DNA of 64,000 nt from Styela clava (taxonomy: Eukaryota), in the NCBI RefSeq assembly GCF_964204865.1, contig NC_135255.1, positions 12,648,001 through 12,712,000 of the forward strand, given 5' to 3'. Position numbers and translations under genes: made by a program. This document shows positions 37,341-51,100 of this stretch, one piece after another. Numbering within the stretch: position 1 is the first letter of the stretch; every line of letters starts with the position of its first letter. The notes under the pieces were generated by a model. The model was not told the DNA's origin. It saw nothing but the letters and a program-made list of their open reading frames with translations, and made no database searches.

Positions 37341-38138
37341 ATTACGTTGCTTCTCTTGCACTTACCATAATCAAACGTAGGTCAAATATCACCTATATTT
37401 TGAAATTAAAAATAGCACGGACGGGTTATATATGTGATTACGCATAATTGTAAACCAGCTTATATTGCAAAGTTTTTGTAGTCTATCGACTCTAGTTAAT
37501 TCAATACCAAAATCATGATAGTAGGTCTAATTTGTTCCGTTGGTATTAAAAATGTTTTTCTATTTAATAATATCTTTTTAACCTTCTGTATATAAAAAAT
37601 GCATTAAAATAATATAGGTAACCGAAACCTTCCGTTTTGCGCGCTATATATTTATTCCATAAAATTCCAAGTTTGGGTCCATACTTTACAATAATCGATA
37701 TTGAACTTGGAATTAGAACTTAAATCATACTGTTTCAATACAGTATCATTTAAATTTTATGAGCAAAAGTTTTGGATTTGAATGAATTCTGAACTAATTA
37801 CGCCCTGATTTATTTCTACTATGCAAAATGTTGCATCTTCACAACACAATTTATCAATTAAGTCAAACAGTCAACTAATTATTCTTTATAAATCCTCTGA
37901 GAAAATTTTGTTGAGCGCTGTACTTCTAACCCTGTTCTCAATTGAGATAACATAATTCCACGAGCGCGCAGCACTAATCGTCGCAAAATACATTCACGCT
38001 CTTTCATTAAAAAACGGTTTAGGATGAACTGAATCTTTGTCCTGAATAGCTTCGCGTCGGAAATACAACATGTCAACTTCGGGAATGTGTTGACTCAACT
38101 TGTCACTCATGTGGCAAGAACGAATGCCATTGTTTTCT

Positions 38139-39595
38139 TTCAAAATACTCGATTATTGAGTTTCGTTTGTAAATATATATTTGACAAACCCAGTTTGTGA
38201 GAGATGTTTACTACCTAGTCGAGATATTCCGTTACATATTTTAATAGAAGTTATAAAAAAAAAAAAAAAAGTATGTTGCCGAGAATAATGATTGAAGTAT
38301 CAAACTGCTATTATTGTTTCCTTTATTAGCTCTCTCTCATGACAAAATTTTTTGTGAAATAATCTTGAGAATATTATTATTCAAAAATACGGTCATTGCT
38401 ATTTTTTCTGGGCAAGCAAAATTTCTGAATGGTACGAGGCGGAAAAAAGTTTTGATTTTATTGCGTTGTTCAGCGTTAAAATATGAAGAAATATTATTTA
38501 TACGATTAGAACAATTGTTTTGATTCATTGAGTCTTTCAATTATGAAATTGTTATGAAAATCGTCGTGGGAAGGTGATAAATGAACGTGTTTAATATCAA
38601 CGTGGATAGTATGGTGTAATCGCAAATACTTTCGTGCATGATGCAAAAATATTAAATTATTACAAATTTGCTCGCAGTTCTTTGACTCGTGTATATTTTC
38701 TTAAAAACGTGACACGCCTCGCTCGCGCCTTTAGATTTCAAGTACCCTTCTCAGTATTCTTGCACTTCGCAAAATAGCCTACTAGGCAAATTCATATCTT
38801 TCAAATACCCTTCCAGCTCGTTTGATACTGCACCTAATGATCCAACAACAACAGGTATAATTCTCGTCTTTATATTTCATATTTTTCTAATTTCTCTCCG
38901 TTAATCTTGATATTTTTCAAGTTTTTCCTTCAATAAAATACGATGATCGGCCGGAACTGTTATATCGATTATCAAACATGTACCTTCGGATGAATTTATT
39001 ACTACAATATCAAGTCTTTTGTGGACAATGACGTGGTCTGTTTGTATGTTAAAATCCCATGGAATCTTAACATTTTTTCTGGGGCATGGTCGCTGAGTTC
39101 CCAATGAGCAATTCTTGCTAGGCTATCATGTCTATTTTTGTATTCTCTTTGCGCCAATTTTGAGCATTCACAATATATATGAAAAAATGCTTTTATTATT
39201 ATTATCATTAATATTATTATTGACCATTTGTAACATTAAGCAGTGTATATGAATATATATATATACGCATTCCTATTTTCTTTATGAATCCCTCGAGCAA
39301 AGAGTTCAAACTTTCTGTGCTTTCCAACATTACCCTCAACTGTGGAGGATCCAATGGAAAAATTTTCGCTACCGTATTGTATTCCAATAATTCACCAGAA
39401 ACTTATCTGGAACTTGGGACACTGTTATGGTATATTTCACCTTGATGAAATGTGCAGACGCGACTCAGTATATTATGACGTCATATATAGTCCGTATATG
39501 CCTTGTCAGAGCCAACAACGAAAATACGAGTCGCGGAAATAGCTGAAACTATAGAGCTCTGAAAAAATCAATAAAAATATGTCGAAATCATTTTG
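38139..39595 (-). pseudogene. Heavily decayed third copy of gene A (intron 11 and a piece of exon 8)
   Basis: 38140-38660 matches A' 32825-33350; 39221-39280 matches 33371-33435; 39505-39590 matches 34610-34695. Confidence 0.72.
38662..39190 (-). mobile_element. 5'-truncated RLE-type non-LTR retrotransposon (R4/Dong-like) fragment
   Basis: Frameshifted translation: HI..ECSKLAQREYKNRHDSLARIAHWEL / KIPWDFNIQTDHVIVHKRLDIVVI..CLIIDITVPAD..EKLEKYQD / IIPVVVGSLGAV / AILRSARILRRVLEI* (stop at 38731). This is a CCHC remnant plus a restriction-like endonuclease C-terminus, next to TAA/TTA repeats. Confidence 0.82.
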
Positions 39596-39664
39596 CAACG
39601 TTTAATTTTAATTCATGTATATCTTGTATGTCCCGTACATTAAATCACTCAATATTCTTAGGTA

Positions 39665-40100
39665 GTTGATAGCACAAGTTGTATCTATAATCGGTGAACC
39701 AAACATATTCCAACAGACTACGAGTTGAGACAACCAAGTGAAAAACTTTTAGAACTAATCCCAACCAGGAATGTGCCATTCTAAACGTTCTTAATGGACA
39801 TCAGTAGGTCAGTTCATTCCGGCAATTGCACACAATTTAATCTATTTATATAAACATCACTCCAAATATTAACTAAATATAAAACAAATAAAAAAAACGT
39901 GAAAAGTAGTCGCTTACAAATAATAATATTTCGGAGCTCCGTGACAGAGGTTCGCTTTCTAAACGCCCAGAAAAAAGAGAGCGAAGCGCGGGTAAAATCA
40001 AGGATGCCAGATTATGAGTCGGCACAGACAGCCAAGTTTGCTTACTTAAATTATGTTTGGGATTTGTGGGTGTTATAAAAGATGAAAACAAAACAAGTAA
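39665..40100. repeat. Rearranged duplicate of spacer sequence 23525-23995
   Basis: 39857-40100 is a direct copy of 23760-23995; 39680-39755 is an inverted copy of ~23550-23620. Confidence 0.75.
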
Positions 40101-41995
40101 ATAATATTCGTTTCAAGTTTCGAATAAAAAAAATCAGTTCACCCAGTATGGATCTACTGAATTGAATCTAAAACCGTATGGATATCGCCAGACTGGCACA
40201 GCTATAGACCTACTAAAAACACATATTGCGAAGGACACAACCTAGTGTCCATAATTAAAAGCAGATTACTTTTCTCATACTGATGTTAGATAATTTTGGA
40301 TTTCGACTGACATGGATGTCCATCAATTACATGTGTTCACTGATAATATTCAAAAAGCCGAAAACACATAAACTATTGAGTTGCTGAAGAGTCAGAAATT
40401 ATGATATACTGCAGTCTGATGCCCGAATTAGCAACACAAGTGAGCAATGGTAGCGAAAAAAATATAAATATGTAACGGTGCTTTTTTAAACTTTTTATTT
40501 TGCTTTTTTAACAGATAGATTTGGTATGGTTCGTGCCGACGTTATCACACTTCATATATTTTTTTATCAATGCACGCTCCCCAGGAAGATGATGGAAAGC
40601 CGCAAAATGAGATGATAATTTTAGGTCTGGCAAGGTGAAACACATCGATTGAACAGTTGAAAGAATGCATATCAATTTATCTGTGCTCAAAACAATCTAA
40701 CATTTTTTTCAGATACATAATACGTTCTCATCCATCCGATTACGGTTGTATAACGCTAACAAAGTCACACAATCAATAATAAAACCTTATTGTAGACAAA
40801 TATAATGCATATCATAAAGCTGCCTGTAGATTATAAGCAACTCAATCACTTACGATGAGTCTCTACAAAATGCCTTCCACAACTTTGATTGAAGTCTATT
40901 GCATCCGGTGAAATACCCAGTCTACATGCACAGAGTACGACATAGAAGAATATATATATATATGTGAAAAAAGTAGTGTAATGATAGAAACGGTATTAGG
41001 AGTGGTTACAGTAGCGGGTTTCTGAAGACAGTATATCTAATTTTAAAAATGCAAACAATAACAACATTAAATCATGATTTTCCTGTACTAAATAGTATTA
41101 GTACCAACTGTACTAACTTAATTAAACGACTTGTTGTTGTGAAAAACTCACCTTTTTCTTTAACTGCGGGATTGATTGCTTCGAATTTTTAGTGGTTAAT
41201 GATTGTTACTGTCGCTAGAAGACTATTACTTTTATTTATTTCAAAATTTCCTGTGGTCCCTATGGAATTCATTTTCACATTAAATTTTTGTGTGATGGCG
41301 TCAACAAAGCAATAAAATGCACACCGTGCCGCGGTTCCGTGACCACATTTCAGCAATCTCGTACTTAGACTACCGGTACTGTAATAGTTTGACTACTTCG
41401 CTTTAGCCTTTTTGTCCATATATGTGCCCTCCTGTTTTCAGATATTGTCACTCGTCACAATGGATTTGTGCTATGAAGTGGCGTGGTAAAAAATCACAGT
41501 CACGCCTGACAATGAGAACTTTGAATTTACTATTAAAATTGGAGAACACCGAAAAAGTTACTATGAAATAATACAATAAGGGCAATTAATTTCAGACCCA
41601 AAATATTAAATGATTTTCATTTTATTTTTTATTTTGGGCTCTTTATTAGTACGAATTGCAGTGTGAGTATCTTGTATCTGCCAATACTAGTAATCTAATT
41701 TTTGAGATGATACTTACTTGGTCGTTAATTCACTGTTTTAATTGCTTTCAATATGGAATGACCAGACTCAAATGTATTAATTCATGAATTAGAATTCCGG
41801 TAATTTCCAAGCGGTGTTTCATTTCGCTGAATGAGATGTATAAGTAGAGTAATTAATGGATAGCAATATTAGCTTATATTGGATTTCATTCATTTTATAA
41901 TGCAATACTCCGTCCGGCAAAATTTGAAGAATCACTTGTTTCAAAAGTTCGAGTGGGTTCATTCTTGAGGTTCAAATCAACAGGGAATGTTTTTT

Positions 41996-42105
41996 GGACC
42001 TCCTGAAGTATGCGCACCAAGATGGCGCACAACCTGAACATAGTATGTGTGCACCGGTAGGATTCAGGTTGTGCGATATCTTGCTGTGCATACTTCTGGA
42101 GCACC
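41996..42105. mobile_element. ~110-bp hairpin MITE (copy 1)
   Basis: ggacctcctgaagtatgcgcaccaagatggcgcacaacctgaa...ttcaggttgtgcgatatcttgctgtgcatacttctggagcacc; TSD not clean. Confidence 0.8.
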
Positions 42106-43430
42106 CTTTTTTAATATGATATAATGGCAACAATTTTATATATTATACTGAGGAGAATGAATGCATTGAAAAATCGTACTATTTGAGTTTCGTTTAAACC
42201 TTATGGATTTTGAAATATTTGTTCTAGTTCAGATTTTTGTTTATGGATTCGTGTCAGGAATATTTAACAAAGATAATACCTCTAACAACTCGAATACTGA
42301 CGAATGTATGTAAGCTTTATGAAACATTTGTGTACTTGATCAATACTGTTGGACCTATAAATCCATGCCAATTGTTTCTGACTTTGTTGTAATGATTGAT
42401 TCGATACGCTGGCACATTTTGATATTCTCCCTACGTAGTTCACGTTCGCATAGCGTACATGTGTTAGGGTAGCGTATGTTAGGCTTTCGCTTGTAGGATT
42501 TTCAGTATTTTATTTTCCATATTTACTTTGCTTCTAAAGATTCCCTAAAACATTTAAAAGCTTTCTAAATCCTTTAAAATACATTATTAAAAGAGTATGT
42601 AATTATTCCCGATCTAACAGAAGTATGTTCGTCAATTCGTTTCACTTTGATAATGGTCTTGACTTTTGATTCGTAATTATGGGGATACAATTCGATTAAA
42701 AATGAAAAAAAAAATCAAAGGTAGTATGTAAAAAGAACTCTGCTACAATCAAAAACTCCTTGTTTTGAATAAAAATTGCAATCGTGAGGTTTTTTGTTTC
42801 TGTCCTTAGGCTGTTAGAATAAATGTTGCAGCGCACAGTATTTTGTTTGTACGTTGGCACAGATTCATACAAAGTCTCAAATTTTATCTACATCAACGAC
42901 GAATCTGTTGCCTTAGGCTTCAACATCTTCAATCTAAATATTCGGAAAAGCAAGTCAATAAACAGGATTGCTGAATTCAATGTAAATTCTTGCTAGTGAG
43001 ATTTTATCAAATTCATACCATTTCCCAATAATGTTTCTCTGGGGATTTTTTTATGCTGTTGCAGTGTATGATCTGTTTTAAAAGTATATTCAAAATTAAT
43101 CCAATATTTCTTTTATCGATTACAGTGTTGTTAATGAATTGATTCGAATATCATGGCGGAATAGAAACCGGATATTGAAAAGTATGTTGACTCTTCGATA
43201 AAAGGTCAATTCTTTTTCAGTACAATCAATCAAAATTGAAAGGTTCTATATAATAGCAGCAAAAAGTTAAAAAATGGACTCAAAATAAGTTTGTTAGTTG
43301 TCGATAGCAAAAATAGTACAAAAGTCAGTACAATAAATATATTTTATGTAAATGATAAAAAAAAGCTGAGGTCCAAAAGCCATGTTGCAGAAAATACGAG
43401 AGTGATGGCCTATTTGTTTAAACATTATTG

Positions 43431-43543
43431 GGCGCTCCCGAAGTATTCGTACCAAGATGGCGCACAACCTGAACTCTGTATGTGTATCAGGTTAGGGTTG
43501 TTCAGGTTGTGCGTCATCTTGGTACAAATACTTCCGGAACGCC
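43431..43543. mobile_element. ~110-bp hairpin MITE (copy 2)
   Basis: ~45-bp inverted arms; perfect 8-bp TSD CATTATTG. Confidence 0.9.
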
Positions 43544-45185
43544 CATTATTGTACCCAAGTTGGCCTCACATATTAAACAGTTTGTGATGTAGTTAGTCTT
43601 CAATTTAGTGTTCAGGAGTTTGATATGTCAGTCTGCCACCCACCTGTGGCCTTGTCTCTAGATGACAGACCAAACCAAACTTCTACGACTCCAGGAAACG
43701 ATAAAAAACCACGCAGCGGAATGAATTAAGATATATGCATCATCAAGTACACATTAAAGTGGTGCATTTGGTTATCGTGGTTGACATTCAAGAATTATTC
43801 ATCTGAGAACGTAACAAGCAATCTTTAGGGTTTCACGAAATTATATCTACAAATCGGTACAACCTACTATGAAAACAACAACAACGATTTACAACGTTTC
43901 CTCTGTAAATCTAGTTTTTTTTTCGTTTTGGGCTAGTGCGCGCGCCATTACAAGAGCCTATTTTTGTTGTATCTATTTTGCAAGCATTTTCGCAGGCGAT
44001 TAGTTATTTAAAATTACAATGTATAGTGCAAAAAGTACTTTTCTTTTCGGTTTGAGAACGTTGGTAAAAATAGATGTACTGTAATTAAGAACTTGTGTAT
44101 AGCTATTGAAGTTACGCGTAACATATGAGGTCATTTCTCACTGCAGATTGCAGAAATTTAGAAATAAGGCTTGTCTTTTTGATAAATTATTTGCCGACAG
44201 AATAGTATATTTCTGGGTATTTCTATTGCGTTTTGTCATCAATTTACCATGAGTAAATATAAAAATAATATGCACCGGTAATATTTAGTGCATACATATA
44301 GCGAAAGGAAATACGCTAATGAGCAAATAATATCGGGAGGTCGAGTTTTTATTATTGCATTACCAAATGCATTTCGTCGCACTAAGTTCTTGGAAAAACT
44401 AGCCCATACCGCGGGTGTAATAAATTGAATTCGAGCAATTGCAAGAGAATAAATATCTATCAGTGAGCATTTGATGTTTCACGTTTTGACGAGACTGCCA
44501 AATGCGCAGCTGGTGAATGCTGATGTCAAAGAGTCACTTTATGTTGAGTTTATCGATAGCATTCAGGCTATTCATTCACTATTTTTTTTTTGATTGCTGC
44601 TGAGTCAAAAAAATGCCGCACTACTGCAATGTACAATACTAATTTTTTCAGCCTAGGAAACATTTGAAATTTAAGCAAACACGCCGTGAACGATCAAAAA
44701 ATTCTTCATTGTTGAAATGAAAACGATTTCAAAAATCTCATCGTGTTGTTTTGACAAAGTAATCTTGCAACCGGAGGTTTTATTCGAGTATGAGTTTAAA
44801 AATAGTTTTTAAATATACAGGCATGAACGTCGTATATATATTGTTTTTCTGATCAACAATTTCAGAAACCGACGAATCAATAGTGAATTGCAAGACCGTC
44901 AGTAGTCGATACGATGAAAAATTATTTTCAGAGAATTGACTTGAGGAGCAAATAACCTGAAATAAGCGTGCCAAACTTTGAAAATCTTAGTCATTAGTAT
45001 TTCGTTTAGTTACCAACAATATTTTATATCTCCTAAACAGGTCGCAGTACCATAAAATATAGTGAGTATGTAACCTTAAATATAACATATATAACTCCTA
45101 TTTATATTGTAAAAACAGTTTTACTTTCAGTATATTAATCGGAACTGCTATTTCGTGCAAAATTGTTGCAAATTAACACGTTGCC

Positions 45186-48100
45186 ATGGATAATTCTGAA
45201 GATTATTTTCATCCAGCAGATTTCGTCATTTTTGGCGGTAAGTTTATTTGTACGTCTTGGAACGTGATTTAATAATGCTTGTACTATAGTATAAAATCTT
45301 TAGCATACTTCAAGCATTGAATCATTGCAAAGCGAGCAAACGGTATATGCATTCACCTATGACACTTCTGCCGTGAATGACTGCAGTTATTTTGTTTAGT
45401 CAGTAAACTGAATGCCTTCCGTCATGTATTCTGTTTTTATTCTGATAATGGCACAATTATTACAGTATAGAAAATTATACCGCAGTGAGTCTTTAAAAAC
45501 GTGCTGGTAAAAAACAATAAATAACTTGTATCTGTATTTTTTTTTTAAATCATCGAAGATGTATTGTTGAACCATGAAAACTAGTTTTTTTTTTTAAAAA
45601 CATGTGATGCATTTAAGAGGGGCTCCAACTTGAGTATAGATTTTTATTAATCAGCCCTTAGAATTTCAGAATGAAAATATTCAAACAATGTTATGAGGAA
45701 GATGACAGTAAAGTAATTTATGATCAGTATATTTTTATATTTGGCATTCATTTTGAATTTCAAGTTTTAATTCATCATTTGAGGTAATTTGGCAACGGTC
45801 CGTGTCACGGCGAACAACAGTGGAATGTCATTTCTTGCAACATGCAAATAAGAGATTAATGAAACAACAGATGCGTAATACGAATAAATCAATGATGTGA
45901 AAGTAAGATTGAGTATCACACAATTATCCAAAATACTTTGCTTCCTGTAACTAATACTTTCATACATTGTATGTATATACAATAAAAAATAAAAGAAAAC
46001 TGTAGGGTTCAATAAAATATGTATTCTAAAAACAGTAGAGAACCCAGCGCATTAATATTAACATGATTTTTCAACTAACTCTATCTAATTCAACTGTTCC
46101 ATGGAATCCTGAATATAATGATATACATTACATTATAAAAAATAAACAAATATTTGTGGTGAGGGTATTGATAAAATTCTATTGTCATGAGTAATCATTC
46201 CTTCTAATTATGCAAACTTTTTTTTCTAGCGACTAGCGACATTTTTGGATTCATATTTTATTTTTAGACGAAGCAAATTACTGTACATTACAATCCAAAT
46301 TTAAAATAGAAAAACAGCTGTCGATAACACGATTCTTATATAAAGTAATTTATATATACATATATAAATATAATATAAGTTAAATCGAACAGAAAGATAT
46401 TGTGCGTTTCGATTAAATAAATGGTTTGATTTATTTCCTCTATTTATACCTTTTTACTGTACATGACTTCTCGGTATTTTCAGCTCACAATAAGGCAAAG
46501 GTCACTATCAAACACACATAAATACAAACGTTTGTGTCTTATTCAATTTCCGCACTGTTTTACAAGTATAATTATATTATTAAATAGGGTCATAGAACTC
46601 TAACCTTTATAAATGTATTTTTCAAATTAATATTTACTGCTGTATTTTTGTTTTATGCATCCCTCTTCCGGGGTATTTAAATTGTTCCATTTGCACGCAC
46701 ATCGAGTAGAGCTATTAGGACCAAATCGGTTGGCACTATTTGGCATAATTTTCTACGAATTATGCACCATAACAAGTCAGAATATTTAAAATGTGCATAC
46801 ATGGCAATTGAATGAATCAAAAGATGTTTCGGAATAATATAACCAGTCATTTTTAAATACGGCTTGTTTGTACAGAATTTCAAATGCCTTTGAAACAAAT
46901 TTCAAAAATATTTTTGTAATTTTTACAAAATCTAAATTGGATTGCTAAAACCTTATTCTGACACGAAAACGTCAATATATTGTTACGCAAAGTGTACGTA
47001 AACCTTCCTATGATTATGTTCATTTTATATTGAATAATAACATTACCATCAAGCAGGATTGCACAAAGCACTTTAGTACTAGCTCCCCCTTATTCTCTCT
47101 CTTTTTTTGAAGTCTGATTCGAAACAAACCTCAACAGAAAACAGATTAGAATCTGTTTTTGTTTATCAAATTGTGGTGATATACCTTCCATCGAAAAACT
47201 TTTCGAAGCTAACGTCATATCCCTTACATTTCATCGGAAATAAAAAAAAATACATGGGATATTTTACAAATACAAAACATCCTTTGCTTCCATGAAAAAT
47301 TGAAATAAATATGATGTTTTTTTTAGCAATGCTCCTGATTTCAACTATCATTGGAATATTCTTCGCTGTTAGAGACAGATCAAATAATTCTACAGATAAC
47401 TATTATTTTGCTGGAAGAAAAGCGAATCCGGTGAGTTCCCCATTATTATCAATATGCTGCAAATGCATTGCAAATGTGGAAATAGTTTGATATGTAGACT
47501 ACTAGATGTTCTTTGCTTAAGATAGTTTACTCGTGATATAGGCCCGAATTTCTGTCAGTAATTTTTGGTGAATATAAAGGCTGTGTTGCGAAATGACATT
47601 TTTTTGTCACTTGGAAGGCAACTTAATTTGGTATGTTAAAGAAAAGCATAACATATATATGTATTTTCCCTACACAATATTTATAAAATATGGAAACTAA
47701 GAAAATATTAATTTAGTTTCAAAGCCAACGACCTTGAAAATGACCGTTCCAACTTTATTTATAAACTTCTCTATTTCCTTTGATTTCAGATTCCAGTAGC
47801 TTTATCGCTCATTGTGTCATTTGTTTCTGCAATTGCTGTTATCGGTTTACCAGTAGAAGTATATTTGCACGGAACAACGTTTGCGTGGAATACTATAGCT
47901 CAGCTCATTGCAACAATCATTGCAATTTTATATTATATTCCCGTGTATCACAGATTGCGATTGAAAAGTGTGTATGAGGTACGTAAATTGGATATATATA
48001 ATGTTTAATTGTGCTTTGTATTACTGTTGAGATTGGATTTTTCATTCTTTAGTTACATCGATAAATAAATGGATTGTGGATCATAATTTTATCTAGATTG

Positions 48101-51100
48101 CTTAAATATTTTTCAATCACGTCAATCAATATTTATAATGTTTTTCTTTTTCAGTACCTTGAACTACGATTTCATGTCAGCGTAAGAAAGGTTGCCTCAT
48201 TACTTGCAATGCTGAATCTGGTATAAAAATTTTGATTTCTCGATACATACCCCTGTTATTAAAACACAAAAATAGATTGGAAAATTACGATTACCAACCT
48301 CGAAAACGGTGGGAAAATAGAGAATTTCGGTTTTCAACATTTTCAACTTTATGTTTAGATTCTTTATTTGGGAGTCGTGATTTACATGCCATCACTGACA
48401 CTGAGTGCTGTTACTCCACTTAGTCTTTACTGGGCAATAGCCTTAACCAGTGTTATTTGCACGTTTTACACAGCCGTGGTAAGTACAGTATTTCAAGATT
48501 AGTTTTAAATAAACCGGAACTTAAAATAAATGCCTAGAGGAAAATTTTCGGGGAATAGTAAGAGTAATGGTGGGTAGGTATATCAGATCTTTTATTTTCG
48601 GTACTTACATAACAAATGGGGTTGGTCCAAGCTATGTTCCTCACTTTGTCATTTAAACTTTGTTGGCAAATCTTTTCTAATGTTTAAAACTTCAATAGAT
48701 ACAAATATCGATGTTTTGAATCAGATTACGGTTTATGAAATGTTACTATATGTCTACACAGATTAAATGAGATGTTCCTTTCAAGACTAATAGTTAACAA
48801 CTATTTTTAACATGTTACAGGGAGGAATGAAAGCCGTGATATGGACGGATGTGTTTCAATCTGGAATAATGATGGCTGGAATGTTGTCTGTCTTCATTCA
48901 AGGTGTAATCACATTAGGTGGAATAGAACCGTTAAGAGAAGCAGCTGATAGAGGAGGAAGAAGCAATTTTCTGACGTGGGTTACACATACATTTCAAAAG
49001 CAATACTGTTTTCTAATCACCCTATTAATCTATATTTTGTGGCGTTTTGGTTACTAAATATTGATTAGAGCAACAATGTTTTCTTGCAATAGCGTCGTTT
49101 GTGGTGACCAAGAATATGATGTTGGCGGAAACCGTTAAAAACACCCATAAAATATCTACCATTAGGGTAACATTAGATTGTGATTCACTATCCATCATCT
49201 CACATCAAAATTATAAAAATGTTAAAAAAGATTGAGAATTTTGTTTAACGTTTAAAAAATGTTGATCAAAAACTTATCCTCAAATTTTGACCGAAATAAG
49301 AATTACAATTCAATGCTCAATTCATTTCAGTCTGTTTAAATACCAATGTGCCCAACAACAATTACAAGTTACAAGTAGACTAATTAATTATTGTTTCTAA
49401 AAATAATTCTATGCAAAAATATGTTCAATTTCAATTCCACGCACTGACGTACAATTTAAAATATAATCAATAATGTCGGGTTAACAAAAGTGCATTCTAT
49501 TAATCGGATTTAGCGGACATGCAGTAAAAACCAGGGATGCCCAACACATCACATTTACCATCGAAATCTAAAATAAACCAGATGAAAAAAATACCAACAT
49601 TCTTTGGGAGATTAAGTCTAAATGCCTCTTTTTTATATCATCTATAATTAAAATAAAATTATATTATCGGTAGGCGATGATGTAGAAAGAAGCCTTTTGG
49701 GCAGACATGAGTTTCGAATAATGGTATTTGATTCTAGACAAACTTGTTTCAAAACAAACATCGTTTTGTTACAACAAATTTTATCAATTTAACAATTGAT
49801 TTACGATAATAAAATTCGTTTTAATTATCACGGTAAGTCACTTTCAACTTTTTAATTGAATTACTTCGAGACAAGTCAGAATTTTTTTTACACCATAATG
49901 TCCATAGGAGTTTGCATAATACTGAGCAACGCTCTTTATTCAAAGAGGATTCTAAAAGCCGATCGTTGACAGCGATTCCAAATGAGACATGATAGCAATG
50001 TATTATACAAATTTCCAGACATCCTACTGTTCAGTTCATTACACTCGAATTAATTTTTTCTTTTTTTTGAAAGGTTCACTTTTGACCCAAGAACTCGCAG
50101 CACGTTCTGGACAGTTGCATTTGGACTGGGATTAAATGCATGTTTTGAAACTGGTTGTAATCAAGTTTACATTCAGAGATATCTATCTTGCAAGACTGTC
50201 AAAACGGCAAGAATGTAAGTACGACAGCCGATAATGTCAACGGGAAGTATGAACTTTACATATAGTGCCCTCGGTCAATTATTGATAAGATTGCGTTTCA
50301 GCTAAGCATCCAATATTCTTAACATTATGATGTGTATACAAATTTTGTGATCGATGTAGCATCAAATGCGATGCCAGAGTATAATACCTAATATTTCACA
50401 CTAGCAAAATATGTAAAAAGAAAGCTAAAATTGAATGAAAATGTAATTTTTCTAGCCAGGAATAACAGAGGGAAAACTTTTCTGATTCTCCGACGACTAC
50501 TCAAAAATGTTCAAAATCCATAGCAATTATTATTAGCTTCGTATTCAAATGTCAATGAATACGGAGGTATATATAATATCTTTTATTATTTTGTCTCATC
50601 ATAATGAAATTAGTATTTTTCCAATTGAAACTTCATTAATTGTTAACTTAATTAATTGCTAAAAGTAAATTAACATAGTTTATTTGTGTTTAGAGCATTG
50701 CTACTTACATTGGCTCCTGGATTCTTTTTCACATTAATTTCGGTAGCAAACGGATTGGTAATGTATGCTTTCTTTGAGGGCTGCGATCCACACAAGGCAG
50801 GTATAGTCGAGAAAGTGGATCAAATTATTCCACGACTTGCTCTTCAAATATTTCAACATGCCCCCGGAATGGCTGGATTATTTGTATCTGCTGCATATTG
50901 TGGAACACTCAGGTAAATGTTCACAATATATAATATAGTAAATTGTATTTATGAAACTAATTCACAAAGTTATGTAAATTTGGAGAGAATGCATCAAATT
51001 ATCGTTTCACAATGCCATATTGCGGGTAACGTTTTCTAACTATGCCACATTAACCATTTCTCATAATCTTAAAAATGATTAAATCTAAGTGCTTTATGCC

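Larger units (their letters stand above)
5315..38136. repeat. Large inverted segmental duplication: left arm ~5315-20545, right arm ~25748-38136, spacer ~5.2 kb
   Basis: Reverse-complement matches at the outer ends (5315-5390 vs 38060-38136), through genes, introns and intergenic DNA (e.g. 11440-11880 vs 31720-31995), and at the inner ends (20325-20545 vs 25748-25950). Confidence 0.93.
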
